Shown: positions 1 through 11,985, numbered from the stretch's first letter. The stretch is DNA of 64,000 nucleotides from Mobula hypostoma (GCF_963921235.1 NC_086109.1:19780001-19844000); one strand, 5' to 3'. Numbers and translations: made by a program. Notes: generated by a model not told the origin, from the sequence alone.

Positions 1-364
1 GATCAGGCAGCACCAGTGAAGAAAGAAACAGATTTAACATTCCAGGTCAAACAGCCATTGTCTGAATAGGGAACAGTTTGAGCTTTAAGCTGCAGAGAAG
101 CCGGTGAGGGAAGGAGAGTGCAAAGGGAATCTAAGGTGAAGGTGAAGAGGTTGATTCATAAAAGTGGTAGTGGGACAAATAAAGAAATATGCGAGGATGT
201 AATCGGGGGAAGGGGGAGGGGTCACTATTGAAATTTACAAAGGGAAGATACTTTAAATGCTATAAAACGTTAAGTTCTTAAAAATACTAGCTACCTGAAC
301 CGGTTGATTTCAAGTATTCAAGATGGGAGGCTGTAACATGCCTAGCCAGAATTTGAGGAGCTGT
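1..364 (-). mobile_element. Old Penelope-like element 3' fragment, resuming after about 784
   Basis: Degenerate match to the younger PLE copies in the window (caggcagcac..., ggaggctgtaacatgcctag...gctgttc). Confidence 0.45.
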
Positions 365-382
365 TCATTTAAGCCATGCAGG

Positions 383-765
383 TGGGACTCATCAACCTTG
401 GATGGCAACCCGCCAAGGAGAAGGGAAATCTGACTTTAAACCTCCGCTGCCTTGCGGCCATATCCACCCATGGGAAAGGCTTTGGGAGAAAACCCCGAAG
501 AAGAAATCCGGAGCCGGGGTCCCTAAGGCAGTTTGATGTTGTTTACAATTTCACTCTGGCAACCTCTGCGACGACACTGGTGCCAAGCTGTATCGGCGCT
601 TGCCCTTCCCTTGAACTACATCAGTGACGTGGAGAGAGGGAACCCGCTGCATGGGCAACAGCCGGTTCTTCAAATCTTCCCACCCAGGCTTGCACCCTGG
701 AGAGAACACAGTCCACCAGAGGCACAACGCCATGATCCCCTGGGATCGACGGCTGCCTACCAGTA
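383..765 (+). mobile_element. RTE-related non-autonomous retroelement or SINE with TSD
   Basis: Flanked by tcatttaagcc(a/t)tg(c/t)agg at 365-382 and 766-783. The body is shared with 11100-11650 (-) and 26525-26810. Confidence 0.65.
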
Positions 766-989
766 TCATTTAAGCCTTGTAGGAAGGCTGAGGAAAGAAA
801 GGTTAGAGAGGGTGGGACAGAAGATTCACTGAAACACTGGACAGGGATATTGCACAAGGTAATAATCCACGTTATGTAAAAGTTTTAAGTATAATGTATG
901 TTAAGTTTATGTTAACTTATGTTTGTCCTTGTAATGTTCTGTCCTGCATACCCTGTGTATGTATACTTATAACAATAACATGCTTAAAT

Positions 990-1150
990 TTGAATCAGAA
1001 TTAGATTATTATTACCGACATGTGTCGTAAAATTTGTTGTTTTGCAGCAGCGGTACAGTGTAATAGATAAGTAGACTACAAATTACACTAGGAAATATAT
1101 ATATAATTAGTAGTGAAAAAGGAGAACAAAAATGGTGTTAAGTGTCATGC
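990..1150 (-). mobile_element. Rex1/Babar-type LINE 3' tail fragment
   Basis: aatcagaattagattattattacc...aaatttgttg is the reverse complement of the tail at 52430-52479. Confidence 0.6.
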
Positions 1151-1170
1151 ATTTCAACTTGAACCTGAAC

Positions 1171-1285
1171 AGCCCGAAACGTCGACTGTACTTTTTACCA
1201 TAGATGCTGCCTGGCCTGCTGAGTTCCTCCAGCATTTTGTGTTTGTCGCCTGAATTTCCAGCATCTGCAGATTTTCTCTTGTTTG
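1171..1285 (+). mobile_element. Penelope-like 3' end with half hammerhead (cccGAAACGTCgactg)
   Basis: Contains gatgctgcctggcctgctgagttcctccagc, shared with the GIY-YIG-bearing copy at 53683-55115. Confidence 0.75.
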
Positions 1286-2519
1286 CACTTGTTGGTTGCA
1301 TATACTATTAATCTCTTTTGACGATTTGTCCAGGTAATGAAAGTCAAAAGCCATCTTTAGGTGAAAATAATGTATACAGGGAAACCTAAGGACTATTGGC
1401 CCTATATGCTTCTCAGTTACATTGTGGCTGTTCTATATCTGAACTCCATTTCCCCTCCATTGTCCAAGCCTCCTTTCTTCACAAAGATCATCATTTAAGT
1501 TCTCAATTATCTCCCCATCCTCAACAGCACTTTTTGGGATGGGAATTCCAGTTTTCAAGAACAGTTAGCCTGGTCCGGCCGATCAAGGGGCGTGGAGATT
1601 GGATAGGGCAGGAAAAAAGGTTAAAAGCTCTTACATTTCTTATTGAAGAGGAATCAGGCTTGGGGAATTGCTGCTCCTTCCTGCAAGGTGCAGAAGAATA
1701 AAATCTGTTGTTGGCTGATGTCAATTTTACCACAGTGCATCACAGATAGTAAAAATCTACCTTTAAATCGAGGGGAGGTGCTCTTAGCATTTGGCGATCT
1801 GCATTTGTATGCAATCAATCACAAGAGTATATGATTGTAACTGAATCATTACTCCATGAGCTGTGTGTGACTATATGCTCTGTGTTTGCACTTTGGACCC
1901 AAAGGAACGATGTTTTGTTTAGTTGTGACAATAAACTTGAACTTGTAGAGTGCAATGAGATCTGTAGACATGCTATGCTGGCAAAATGCAGAGTAAGGGT
2001 GAAGTTATTAATGATCGGTTTGGTTTGGTGGCACAGTTAATGACTCTGTAAAGTGTTGGACTCTTTCCATCCCTTTACAGAGATTGAGAGATGCTTTAGA
2101 GCTCTCTAATTGTTCACTTTATATCTGCCATGAATTCTTCTGTTTGTAGATTGGGCAATTTTTCACCTTATCAGTTAAGTGCCAGCTTCTCAGCTATAAT
2201 GGAATCACTTTACTGCGGAGAGTGGATGGTTCTAATCTGCAGGTATTCAGATCGTTGGAGGATACCATTGGCTGAGAAAGGAAGAATAGAACAGAAAACG
2301 AACTGTACAGGACAGGACCAAACTGCTTCACCCAAAAGGTTTATAAACTCCAAACTTTAAACTGGCTTCAAGGTTCGCATTTAAAGAATATTAAAAAAAA
2401 AGTGAGGTGCTCTCGCAGAGATTGCAGGCATTCCACTGTATCACTGGGATGAAGATTTGGGTCATTGAATATAGAATACATAACATTGTAAATAGAGCAG
2501 TATAGTCCAGGAACACACA

Positions 2520-2990
2520 GTGTCAGAAGCAGGTTTAATATCACCGGCATATGTCATGAAATTCATTAACTTTATGGCAGCAGTACAATGAAATACGTGA
2601 TAAACAAATACAGAGAAAAAATACTGAATTACAGTAAGTGTGTATATATATATATATATGTCTATTAAATATTTAAGTTAAACATAAGTGCTGCAAAAAA
2701 AAGAAAAAATGTAGTGAGTAGCGTACAGGGGTTGAATGACACTTTAGAAATCGGATGGTAGAGGGGAAGAAGCTGTTCCTGAATCGCTGAGTGTGTGCCT
2801 TCAGGCTTCTGTACCTCTTTCCCAATGGTAACAATGAGAACAATCAGGTGCATTATCACTGACATATGTCATGAATCTTGATGTTTTGTGGCAGCAGTAC
2901 CGTGCAATGCATTAAAGATTACAATAAGGATCTACTAAAAATTAATAAATAGTGCAAAAAGAGAGCAAAATAATGTCGAGTTCATTGTCT
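2520..2990 (-). mobile_element. Rex1/Babar-type LINE 3' fragments (two tandem tails)
   Basis: The tail motif aggtttaatatcaccggcatatgtcatgaa recurs at 2531 and about 2846. The ORF remnant AIQEQLLPLYH is also present. Confidence 0.65.
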
Positions 2991-3203
2991 GTGCTAAACA
3001 TGATTCCAATTGAAACAAGTCCCACCTGCCTGCATTTGGTCCATATCCGTCCATTCCCTACCTCTTCATGTCATATATAATAGCTAAATACACCACTCCT
3101 TACTTTTCTTACAAGTGTGTCTGAATCACAATGCTAAGATTATTACACAGAATTCAAAACTGCATATCTGACACATTCCTTTTCTCTTCTGTTGATCTTG
3201 CAG

Positions 3204-3263
3204 GGACTGTCCTACCTGTTGGATGACCCTCTCTTATCGGTACGGACATCAACTTCCACCAAG
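3204..3263 (+). CDS. KCND3: KCND3 (Kv4.3) alternatively spliced long-isoform micro-exon, 60 nt, GLSYLLDDPLLSVRTSTSTK
   Basis: Acceptor is a pyrimidine tract plus ttgcag (AG 3202-3203); donor is AAG|gtactt. Phase 0/0. The translation closely matches the mammalian Kv4.3L insert GLSYLVDDPLLSVRTSTIK. Confidence 0.93.
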
Positions 3264-4126
3264 GTACTTCTTATCTTCCCTCAGTTGATCTTCAGTACAT
3301 GAATTGCTATGTATTGGGTCCTGCCTGGTCCTCTGATGCAGTTGTCATCCTCTGTGCTTTTGGTTGCTAGGCTACATGTGGAATTATCAGACTCCATTAG
3401 AACAAGAGCTTTTGCTTGTTGCTTCTAGAGAAAAAAAAATGTCTTTGTTCTCTCCTGCTCATGCAGGAGAATCTGCTGCCATCTGTACTCATCTCTGCTC
3501 GTGCAATCCAGTGAAGTACAATGGAACTGAATTTGCAAGAGGCCAGGAATAATGGCAGACACAGATTGCACATTTGCATTGGTGGCAGAAGACAACAGTA
3601 ATTTAAAAAATAATTTGTGTAGCTTTAGAAAACATTCTATTCTATTTACTAGCAATAGCTTACTTTTACACTCAGTGGCCTCTTTATTAAGTGCAGGAAC
3701 CTGGTGTGATTTTCTGTTCCTCTAGCCCATTCACTTCAAGGCTCAACATATTGTGTGTTCAGAGACGGTCTTCTGCACACCACCATTGTAACGCGTAGTT
3801 ATTTGGGTTACTATCACCCTGCTGTCATCCTGAAGTAGTCTGGCCATTTTCCTCTGACCTCATTCATTAACAAGGCATTTTCGCCCACAGACCCACCACT
3901 CACTTGATTTTTTTCTGTTGTTGTTTTTCACACCATTCTCTGTAAACTCTAAAGACTGCTGTGCGTGAAAATCCCAAGAGATCAGCAGTTTCTGATATAC
4001 TCAAACCACCCCTTCTGGCACCAACAATCAGTCCACGGGCAAAGACATTTGGATCACTTTTCTTTCCCATTCTGATATTTGATCTGAACACGTGAACCTC
4101 TCAACCATGTCTGTATGCCTTTTATG

Positions 4127-4924
4127 CAGCGGTCCCCAACCACCGGGCCGCGGACCAGTACCAGTCCGCAAAGCATGTGCTGCCGGGCCGTGAGGAAACA
4201 ATATGAGTCAGCTGCACCTTTCCTCATTCCCTGTCACGCACTGTTGAACTTGAACATAGGGTTGCCAACTGTCCCGTATTTGCCGGGACATCCCGTATAT
4301 TGGACTAAATTGGTTTGTCCCATACGGGACCGCCCTTGTCCTATATTTCTCCTGCTAAGGTAGAGCGTTCCTATGAAACCTTTCATGCCAAAATGGCATA
4401 AAGCAAAGAAGTAATTACCGTTAATTTATATGGGAAAAATTTTTGAGCATTCCCAGACCCAAAAAATAACCTAACAAACCATACCAAATAACACATAAAA
4501 CCAAAAATAAATAACACTATCATATAGTAAAAGCAGGAATGATATGATAAATACACAGCCTATATAAAATAGAAATAATGTATGTACAGTATAGTCGGGA
4601 AGATGAAGGCAAAACTGATTTGTGGGGAAAAAATCGGTACGTAGGCGCATGCGCACATCACATGCGCACGTCACACATGCGCACACAGGTGCCCGCGCAA
4701 AACTTCAAGGTCATGGTAGTCTTTCCTGAGGTAAAGTGTCCCTGGATTTGACTCCTACTTTTGTCCCTCATTTGGGAGTGAGACAGTTGGCAACCCTAAA
4801 TGTAAAAGACATGTTGAGGTGAGTTTAACCCTACTTGAATACCCCCACCCCCCCGTCAGCCGGTCCGCAAGAATATTGTCAATATTAAACAGGTCCATGG
4901 TGCAAAAAAGGTTGGGGACCCCTG
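4127..4924. mobile_element. hAT-type MITE with perfect 8-bp TSD
   Basis: TIRs cagcggtccccaacc / ggttggggacccctg; TSD CTTTTATG at 4119-4126 and 4925-4932. Confidence 0.9.
4257..4798. mobile_element. Inner TIR element (TAGGGTTGCCAACTGTC) inside the hAT MITE
   Basis: 17-bp perfect inverted repeats tagggttgccaactgtc / gacagttggcaacccta; no TSD visible. Confidence 0.7.
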
Positions 4925-6198
4925 CTTTTATGTACTAAGACGTTGGCACATGATTTGCTGATTAGGTATTTGCATTAAAGAGCAGGTACCTATTAAAGTG
5001 CCCACTGAGGGTATATAACACCCTTAATTAAATGGCACAGTTATAGTGTCATCTCTCCAAGGATTCCAAAGAACATAGTGGTCAGTAGAAATGAAGATTG
5101 ACCTAATTTGCATCCTTAAGAATGCATTTCTGCAGTCTGACTATTTAGAATTTCCCTTGTGGTAGTGAAGCTGAATTGTTAATCTTTTTAGCAACTAGAA
5201 TAATTTGGAACCCTTTCTCACTCCCACAAATAACTGCCTGTCTGTAAGCGATATTCTTGAGCCGTTGCTTGACCTGTCCTTGAGCTAAGTTTCCAAAACA
5301 TGGCGGTTCACAGAACCGCTGACACAGAGTCGCGAGTCTCAGGTGCAGGCCCTTCAGCCCACCAACTCCTTGCCAGCCATCAATCACCCAACTTTGTTAA
5401 TAATACGCTGATCTCGTGTTATGCACCAGGCTAATCCCTGGGGCGAGAGGGTTGTTCAGTCAGGTCTGGCTAAAGAAATGAGATGCCTGTTTGTTGGAGG
5501 GGTGATGCATGTGAGTCACACAATGAGCTCTAACACCAGAACACTGTGTTGCCAATAGATCGCTGATTTAATTCAAGTTCAAGTTCATGTTTATTGTTAA
5601 TTAAACAACCATACATATGTATACAGCTGAACAAGAGATCGTTCCTTTGAAGCCTAACATAGTACATGCAGTCACACACAGCACATATAGTTATGATCCA
5701 ACACATCCAGTCACAAAATAATAATCAGCACATGTTCCTGAGTGGTGGCCTGATCTGAAGTTTGACAAGTTGGCGTAAAATGCAAGGTTCATGTTTATGT
5801 GGGGCAGAATAACGTTAACCAGACTTACAGAATATTGCATTATTAATGTCCAGCGGTGCCTGGCGATCCTAAGAAAAACAGGTAAGACAAACATTTGCAC
5901 CACTTGGTGGACCCGGAGAGGCCATTACAATGAAGCGTGCCACCATTTAGTCACACATCACTGAGCTATGAAGTCTTCACCTCACATGGGAACAATTTCC
6001 TGAAAGAAACCAACCTAGTCCTTAGCATTGTTGGACTACCAAGACACAGTTGGAGTTGGAGAAGTGTGGGGGGCGGGCGAGGCAGAATTCACATACCCAC
6101 AATAGGGCTGAAAAATGATTGAGGGTGAAGGCAAAACCCTGAGTTAGCTGGATGTCAAAAGCTTTGAACATACCAAATGCTTCTGACATGAAGAAGCA

Positions 6199-6396
6199 TG
6201 TTATGTTTCGTAACTTTGGAACATTATAATAATTGCAAGGAAAACACAGGGGTCAGTGAATATGGGTCTAACTTTATGTTTACTTTAAGCAAGGCACGCA
6301 CGTATCACAAGGTAGTGTGATGCTGTATGCAATTCACATATTTATACGTATAACCCATAATGGATTATTTAAATGAACAAGAATGTTTAATCAAAC

Positions 6397-6446
<50 letters not shown>

Positions 6447-6447
6447 A

Positions 6448-6494
<47 letters not shown>

Positions 6495-6497
6495 ATG

Positions 6498-6530
<33 letters not shown>

Positions 6531-6583
6531 ATATAATGTGTGTAAGATTACTCAGATATAACTGAAATATTAAATACTGAACA
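6199..6583 (-). mobile_element. Solo LTR related to the Gypsy remnant at 35850-37443, with an internal (TG)n expansion
   Basis: TG...CA ends. It shares tatgttt.gtaact, tttacttta, aagaatg.ttaatcaaac and actgaaatattaaatac with 37202-37443. Confidence 0.7.
6402..6543. repeat. (TG)n/(TA) compound microsatellite
   Basis: Seen directly. Confidence 0.97.
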
Positions 6584-7169
6584 TAACATGCACAAGGACA
6601 GAAACAAACATAAGACAATATGGACAGGAGAAGGCCACCTGCCCCACCATCCAGTATAATCATGATCTCAACTCCTCTTCTGCACCAGTTCCCCATAGCC
6701 CTCAGATCCTCAATGCTTCAAAAATGTATCTACCTCCATATTGATCTGACCTCCACCACCCTCTCAGCTTAAATTTTATCTTACTTTCAAACCCTTAAGA
6801 TCATAGTTATCAAACTATCAAAATCTACTCAAATTGTTAGTTTTTTTTCTATTAAAAGATAAGATGTTTTAAAATATAAACAAATCCAAAACAATAGAAT
6901 AATGCTAACACTTGCCTTTGCTCCTCACAGCCTATTTAACTTGAAGCAAGTCATTTGATTGGATCACCTATCTCAGTCAGTGGACTTTACACTCCTCTGC
7001 TGTTCTCCACAAGAAGCCAATGTCAGAGAATCGGTGGTGAATGGGCAGTCAGCAAGTTAGGGATCACAAGCATAGCAAGACTAAACTTGCTGGCACTCAC
7101 AAGGGGAAATAAAGACAATCATTTGCAGAACTGTCAACTTTACCCTCCCCTAGCAGGGTCATTAGTGGA

Positions 7170-7450
7170 CAGGGCAATACAGTAGCGTAGTTGTTAGCAA
7201 AACGCTTTACAGTACCCGTGACACAGGTTCAATTCCCACATTGTCTGTAAGGAGTTTGTCTGTACTTCCCACGATCGTGTGTGTTTCCTCCAGATGCTCC
7301 GGTTTCCTCCCACATTCCAAAGACCTACCAGTTGGTAGGTTAATTGGTCATTGTAAATTGTCCCATGATTGAGTTAGGATTAAATTGGGAGATTACTGGG
7401 CGGTGCGGCTCAAAGGCCTACTCCACACGCTATGTCAATAAATAAATAAC
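7170..7450 (+). mobile_element. tRNA-derived SINE; further copies at about 7466-7700, 15325-15610, 16663-16940, 17580-17820, 24060-24235(-), 33230-33400(-), 46955-47160, 56390-56550(-), 57790-57990 and 62820-63020
   Basis: A-box-like tagcgtagttgttagc, B-box ggttcaattccc, shared body gtaaggagtttgt...ggtttcctcccacattccaaagac, and an A-rich tail. Confidence 0.8.
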
Positions 7451-8769
7451 AACATCTGTAAGAAATTATTCTGTTTGCACGTTCTCCCCGTGACCCCATG
7501 GGTTTCCTACGGGTGCTCCAGTTTCCTCCCATATTCCAAAGACACACAAGCTAGTCAATTGTGGGCCTGATAAATTGGTGCCAGAAGCAGGGTGGTTCTT
7601 GTGGGCTATCGCCAGCTCATCCTCGGCCTGTGTTGGTCGTTGATGCAAACTGTGCATTTCATTCGATGTTTCCAGGTGCATGTGACAAATAAAGCTAATC
7701 TTTAAAGAATAAATCCTTAAGCAACTTTAATAAAAGGGAAGATTTAAACAACAACCTAACATAGGACTGAGAAGTGAAAATACGACGAGGTTTATCAAGG
7801 AAACTGCATTATATAGGTCCTTGGTAAATGAAGGTACAGATGCTAATGATAGTGTAAATAAAATGGAGACAAGTAAGAATAGAAGGATTATGACAGTCTG
7901 GTGCCTGTGTAACTATACCCTCACAAGGAGTACAGTGAAATAATGAGCACAGAAAATATCTGAGAAGATTAGATACAGAATATTCATTGTATCTACCATC
8001 TACTTTCACTTCTGATTGAAAAACATCTTGTTCAATGAGCAATCAGCGAGTATAATCTTTTGTCACCATAGAAATTGTCTTTAATGTTTATTTCAGTGAA
8101 TTGTTCCCTGAAGTCAATTGAGCCCAAGGTCAAATCGACAATTTGCTGCTGATTAGAAAGCAAAATCATTTATTAATTCAAATCTGCATTTAACATACTT
8201 TTGATCTCAAAAGTGTTATGAGTTCAGTTCTTGGTATATTCAATGAGGAGGCAAAATTTGTGAGACAATGCTGCTGGGGGAAATGTCTCAGGCAACAAAT
8301 GTATGAGGGCAAAGGTCAGAGTGTGCTATTAGTGGACCGTCACAATTAATCACCAGAGGTCAGTGGGGAAGCACCTTTGTCCCAAGCCTTTGAATGAAGT
8401 CTCATGTTAGGAACAGCAATTCATCATCTTTAACCTGCATTGCTAAGTGGCTTCATTGTTAATCTTCATTTCAAATCATAGCAGTCAACATTTCAGTCAA
8501 AACCTGAAATGTCAACAGCTCTTTTCCTCGCACAGATGATGCTTGACCTGCTGAGATTGCACCAATGTGACTTTGTAAGTTTTTAAATACAGTACCTCAG
8601 ATACAGAGAAACATTCAAAACCTATTAACATTCCTTTAAATAATTAAAGTAAGAAACAAAGTAAATAAAATGTATTAAAAATGCATTAAGATACCAATAA
8701 ATAATTAACCTCGTTTCCCTCTGGATGGTTCCCATTCCTCTGCGATTTCTTTCTGTCTTGTCAAGTCCT

Positions 8770-8940
8770 TTTGAAAAATGGTTGATAGGTTCTTGATTAG
8801 TCAGGGTGTCAAAAATTACTGGGGGCAGGCAGGAAGATGGGTGGAGAGTGATAATAAATTAGCCATGATGGAATAGCAGAGCAGACACAATGGGCTGAAT
8901 GGCCTAATTCTGCTCTTATATCTATGGTCTTATGGTCTAA
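8770..8940 (+). mobile_element. CR1 LINE 3' end; similar fragments at 19445-19700, 30395-30840, 44920-45640, 50985-51209 + 52480-52725, and on - at 25190-25335, 26375-26920, 27183-27330, 37443-37820, 49800-50200, 57348-57700
   Basis: gttgataggttcttgatt...atgggctgaatggcctaattctgctc...atggtcttatggtct tail, also at the end of the RT-coding copies. Confidence 0.8.
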
Positions 8941-10333
8941 AGACAGTACATTCCAGGTTGTCCTCAATTTGGTCCTACAATTACATGCACTGCCAAACAG
9001 ATATGGACGAATAGGTCCAATTTTCCTGGGCCTTGTGATCACCAAGTCAGGTAGTGAGGCATAGTTAGGCTTCAGCAAAGATTCTGTCTCGATGAGATAA
9101 CATTAATTTCTTGGCCCCAGAACAACTTTACCGAAGGTGAGGCAGGAAGATACGTGGCCTTGGAGACACAAGAGACCACAGATGCTGGAATTCGTAGCAA
9201 CAAAAAATCAGCTGGAGGAACTCAGCATGCCGAGCAGCATCTGTGGTGGGGAAAGGAACCGTCAACATTCTGGTCAAAATCTTCAATGCTGACAGCTCCT
9301 TTCCTCATACAGATGATGCTCAACCTGCTGAGTTCCTCCAGTGGAATGTAGGTATGTGACTTTGTAAGATTTTAAACACAATACCTCAGGTGTAGAGAAA
9401 CATCCAAAACCTATTAACATTCTTTAAATAATTAAAGTAAAAGATAAATTAAATAAAATATATTAAAATTGCATTAAGATGCCAAAAAATTGAAAACATT
9501 AAAATAACACAATTTGTCGTTTTTCTTCCCGAACTTCAGATCATGAATCTCCATTTAAATGAATGGGGATCACGAGCCTTCACCAGGTAATGTGACAAAT
9601 GCCCCAATATCTCTCCAAGTTTACAGTCAGGCTGTGTAAGCCCCTGATGTACCTGCCAATGAACTGCTGAAACACTGGGTATTGCCCACTCTACTCAGCT
9701 CATTATATTTCAAAAATTCTCTCACCACTCTCCTGATTATTTTGCCATTTCTGTTCGGTACCCTTGAAGCAATATATTATAACAAATCATGAAAATGACC
9801 GAACAAACAAGTAAAGTAAATAATAAGGAACAAGTTTTCAGGGAGTGATAAATACTTGAACACATTGATAAAAATATGAAGTCTTTTACAATTTTTGACT
9901 TTTCTTCAGTTAATAAATAAATAAACGATAAAAACACATTTAGTCCAACGGACTTGCTTTTACATGCTGATTTTAATCCAATTGTGCACTCTATACTTCA
10001 TTCCCTTCGATCCAGGATCATTTCTGCACAGCCTTGCAAACCTTTCTCTTTACTTCAGCAGTCTTCTCACATTAGTTGTTGCAGCTGTAAGCCAGTGCGA
10101 AATAATTTGGTGCAATTCCCTTGTACTTTCATTCTCTTCTTTAGTTGCTTTAAGACAGTGACAGGAGCTTTCTGTTATTCCAGTTCATATGCAACCATAA
10201 TGAAGGAACCTTGTATTTCTCCTACCTCAGCCATAGGGAAATAAGAAACCTTTCACACCAGCGGCTTTGATCCGGTAGTCCTACCAAGTACCCATATTTT
10301 GAAGGGTTGCTTCTCATTTATCACACTCTGAGC

Positions 10334-10968
10334 CAGAGGTGGCGAACCTTTATAAGAGTGTGTGCCCAAACTGGCAATGATCTAAAAAGTTCTCTCACCT
10401 GCCATGGTAATTTTGAGCAAAGATTATCATTGATTAATGAATTAGTAACAATTACGATGGACTTTTTTAAGGAAAGAGATGAGTCCAGATGCTTATTTGC
10501 ATGTATTCATTGTTCTACTATTAATAAAAGTATAAAAAAAACACGGATTGAAATAAATGAAGCATTTTAGAAAACTTGTTCAAAAATTATTCATATTAAT
10601 CTTTTAAAAATACAACTGAAATGTAACATTATTACTATATAGTATCGCTACTCTAACTATTTACTATCCACATACTAATGTGTATACCAGGTCTGAGAGC
10701 ATTTCAAAACCTATTATCCAACGTCATGTGTTCTCACAACCATCCAGCTGGCACCAAGCTGGCATGAGACACTTCCTGTGAAAACACCTCACTGCACTCA
10801 GGTTGTGAAAATTAATGTACTGCTTCATTTGGCAGTAAAGATAATCATAATGTATCTTTGTATTATGGGTGGAGTTTAAAGCATTGAGGGGCAGCATCTC
10901 ATGCCACGTGCCAAATAATCTTTTGCACAAGTTATCTTGGGCACACATGCTATAGGTTCGCCACCCTG
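10334..10968. mobile_element. hAT (Charlie/Buster-like) non-autonomous element
   Basis: TIRs cagaggtggcgaacct / aggttcgccaccctg; degenerate TSD CTCTGAGC / CTCTAGGC. Confidence 0.75.
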
Positions 10969-11099
10969 CTCTAGGCAATTTTTTTTTAAACTCTGTCCTT
11001 CTGTCATCTATCCCTAAGCTATCCCAGCATTTCTCATTCCAGCACGTACAGTTCAGTTCATCTCTCCCAGCCTACGGTAACATATCACATGAATGAGGC

Positions 11100-11650
11100 T
11101 TCCTTCAGTCAGGGTCGACTATGGATGTTGTGTCCTAGCTGCTTAGATACACAAGCCTAGGCAGTACAATATGGAGAGCAAGCTGTTGCCCAGGCGGCAA
11201 GCTCCCTCTCTCCACGCATCCGATGAACCCAAAGGAACAGCAGGGACCAGTACAGCTTTGTGGGAGTTGCCAGTCAGCATTGAACTCAACATAGGTCTGC
11301 CTTAGGGACTCCAGTTCTGTCCAGTTCTGAATTTTTCCCTCAGGGTTTACTCTGAAGCCTTCTCCTTGAGTGGGTTTAACCGCAATGCAGCAGAGGTTTG
11401 AGATCAGAGTTTTTCTTCTGCTGGATGAGCTGCCAAACACAGCTGGCGAGCCCCAGCTGCCCGAAGCGACTGGTTTTAAGGCACCAGTAGCCCGCCTTTG
11501 CCTCTTCTCCTGTCAGTGGAAGTGGTTCCACTGCGCTTAGTAGCTAAGCCACATGTGAAGGCCAGGAGCTGAACTTGGTTGTCAGAGGCTATTTGAGATG
11601 CACGCCATTGGGTGCATTTTGTAGGTAGTGAGAGCTTGTCCCCACTCCCA
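11100..11650 (-). mobile_element. RTE-related non-autonomous retroelement (5'UTR-like body)
   Basis: The reverse complement shares gtccctaaggcag, accc..ag.gaaggct and ctggcaact with 383-765; the 5' part is rich in hairpins. Confidence 0.55.
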
Positions 11651-11985
11651 CTCGTAGCTTTAACATCGTTAAGGAACCAATATCTCTCATATTGCATGTA
11701 TGTCACCATTACCAAATAGCACTGACCCATTCCATCCTTATCCAAACAACTTGACCAGGCTTATTTTGCCACCTATCTCATCTACTTAAACCCAACCCAA
11801 TCATTTAAACAGACTCACTCTATCTTCCCAACTTACCTGAACACTTCTCACTTTACCCTACTTCACCTCATTACCTCCTAATGCAAAACACTCACTTTAT
11901 ACTAACTCCTTCCATTCCACTTCTCCCACTTCTGCCTTCAACCTTCACCTCCACCTCAGCCTGCGTTAAGCTGCACCTCATCATG

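Larger units (their letters stand above)
3669..5011 (-). mobile_element. Tc1/mariner non-autonomous element interrupted by a hAT MITE
   Basis: TA-flanked TIRs cactcagtggcc.ctttatta / tattaaagtgcccactgagg. HTH remnant IVGARRGGLSISETADLLGFSRTAVFRVYREW (ORF 3900-4091). Confidence 0.85.

Noticed and set aside
7170..7260. tRNA genes at A/B-box motifs
   Set aside because: The boxes are SINE heads followed by the shared SINE body; there is no full cloverleaf.
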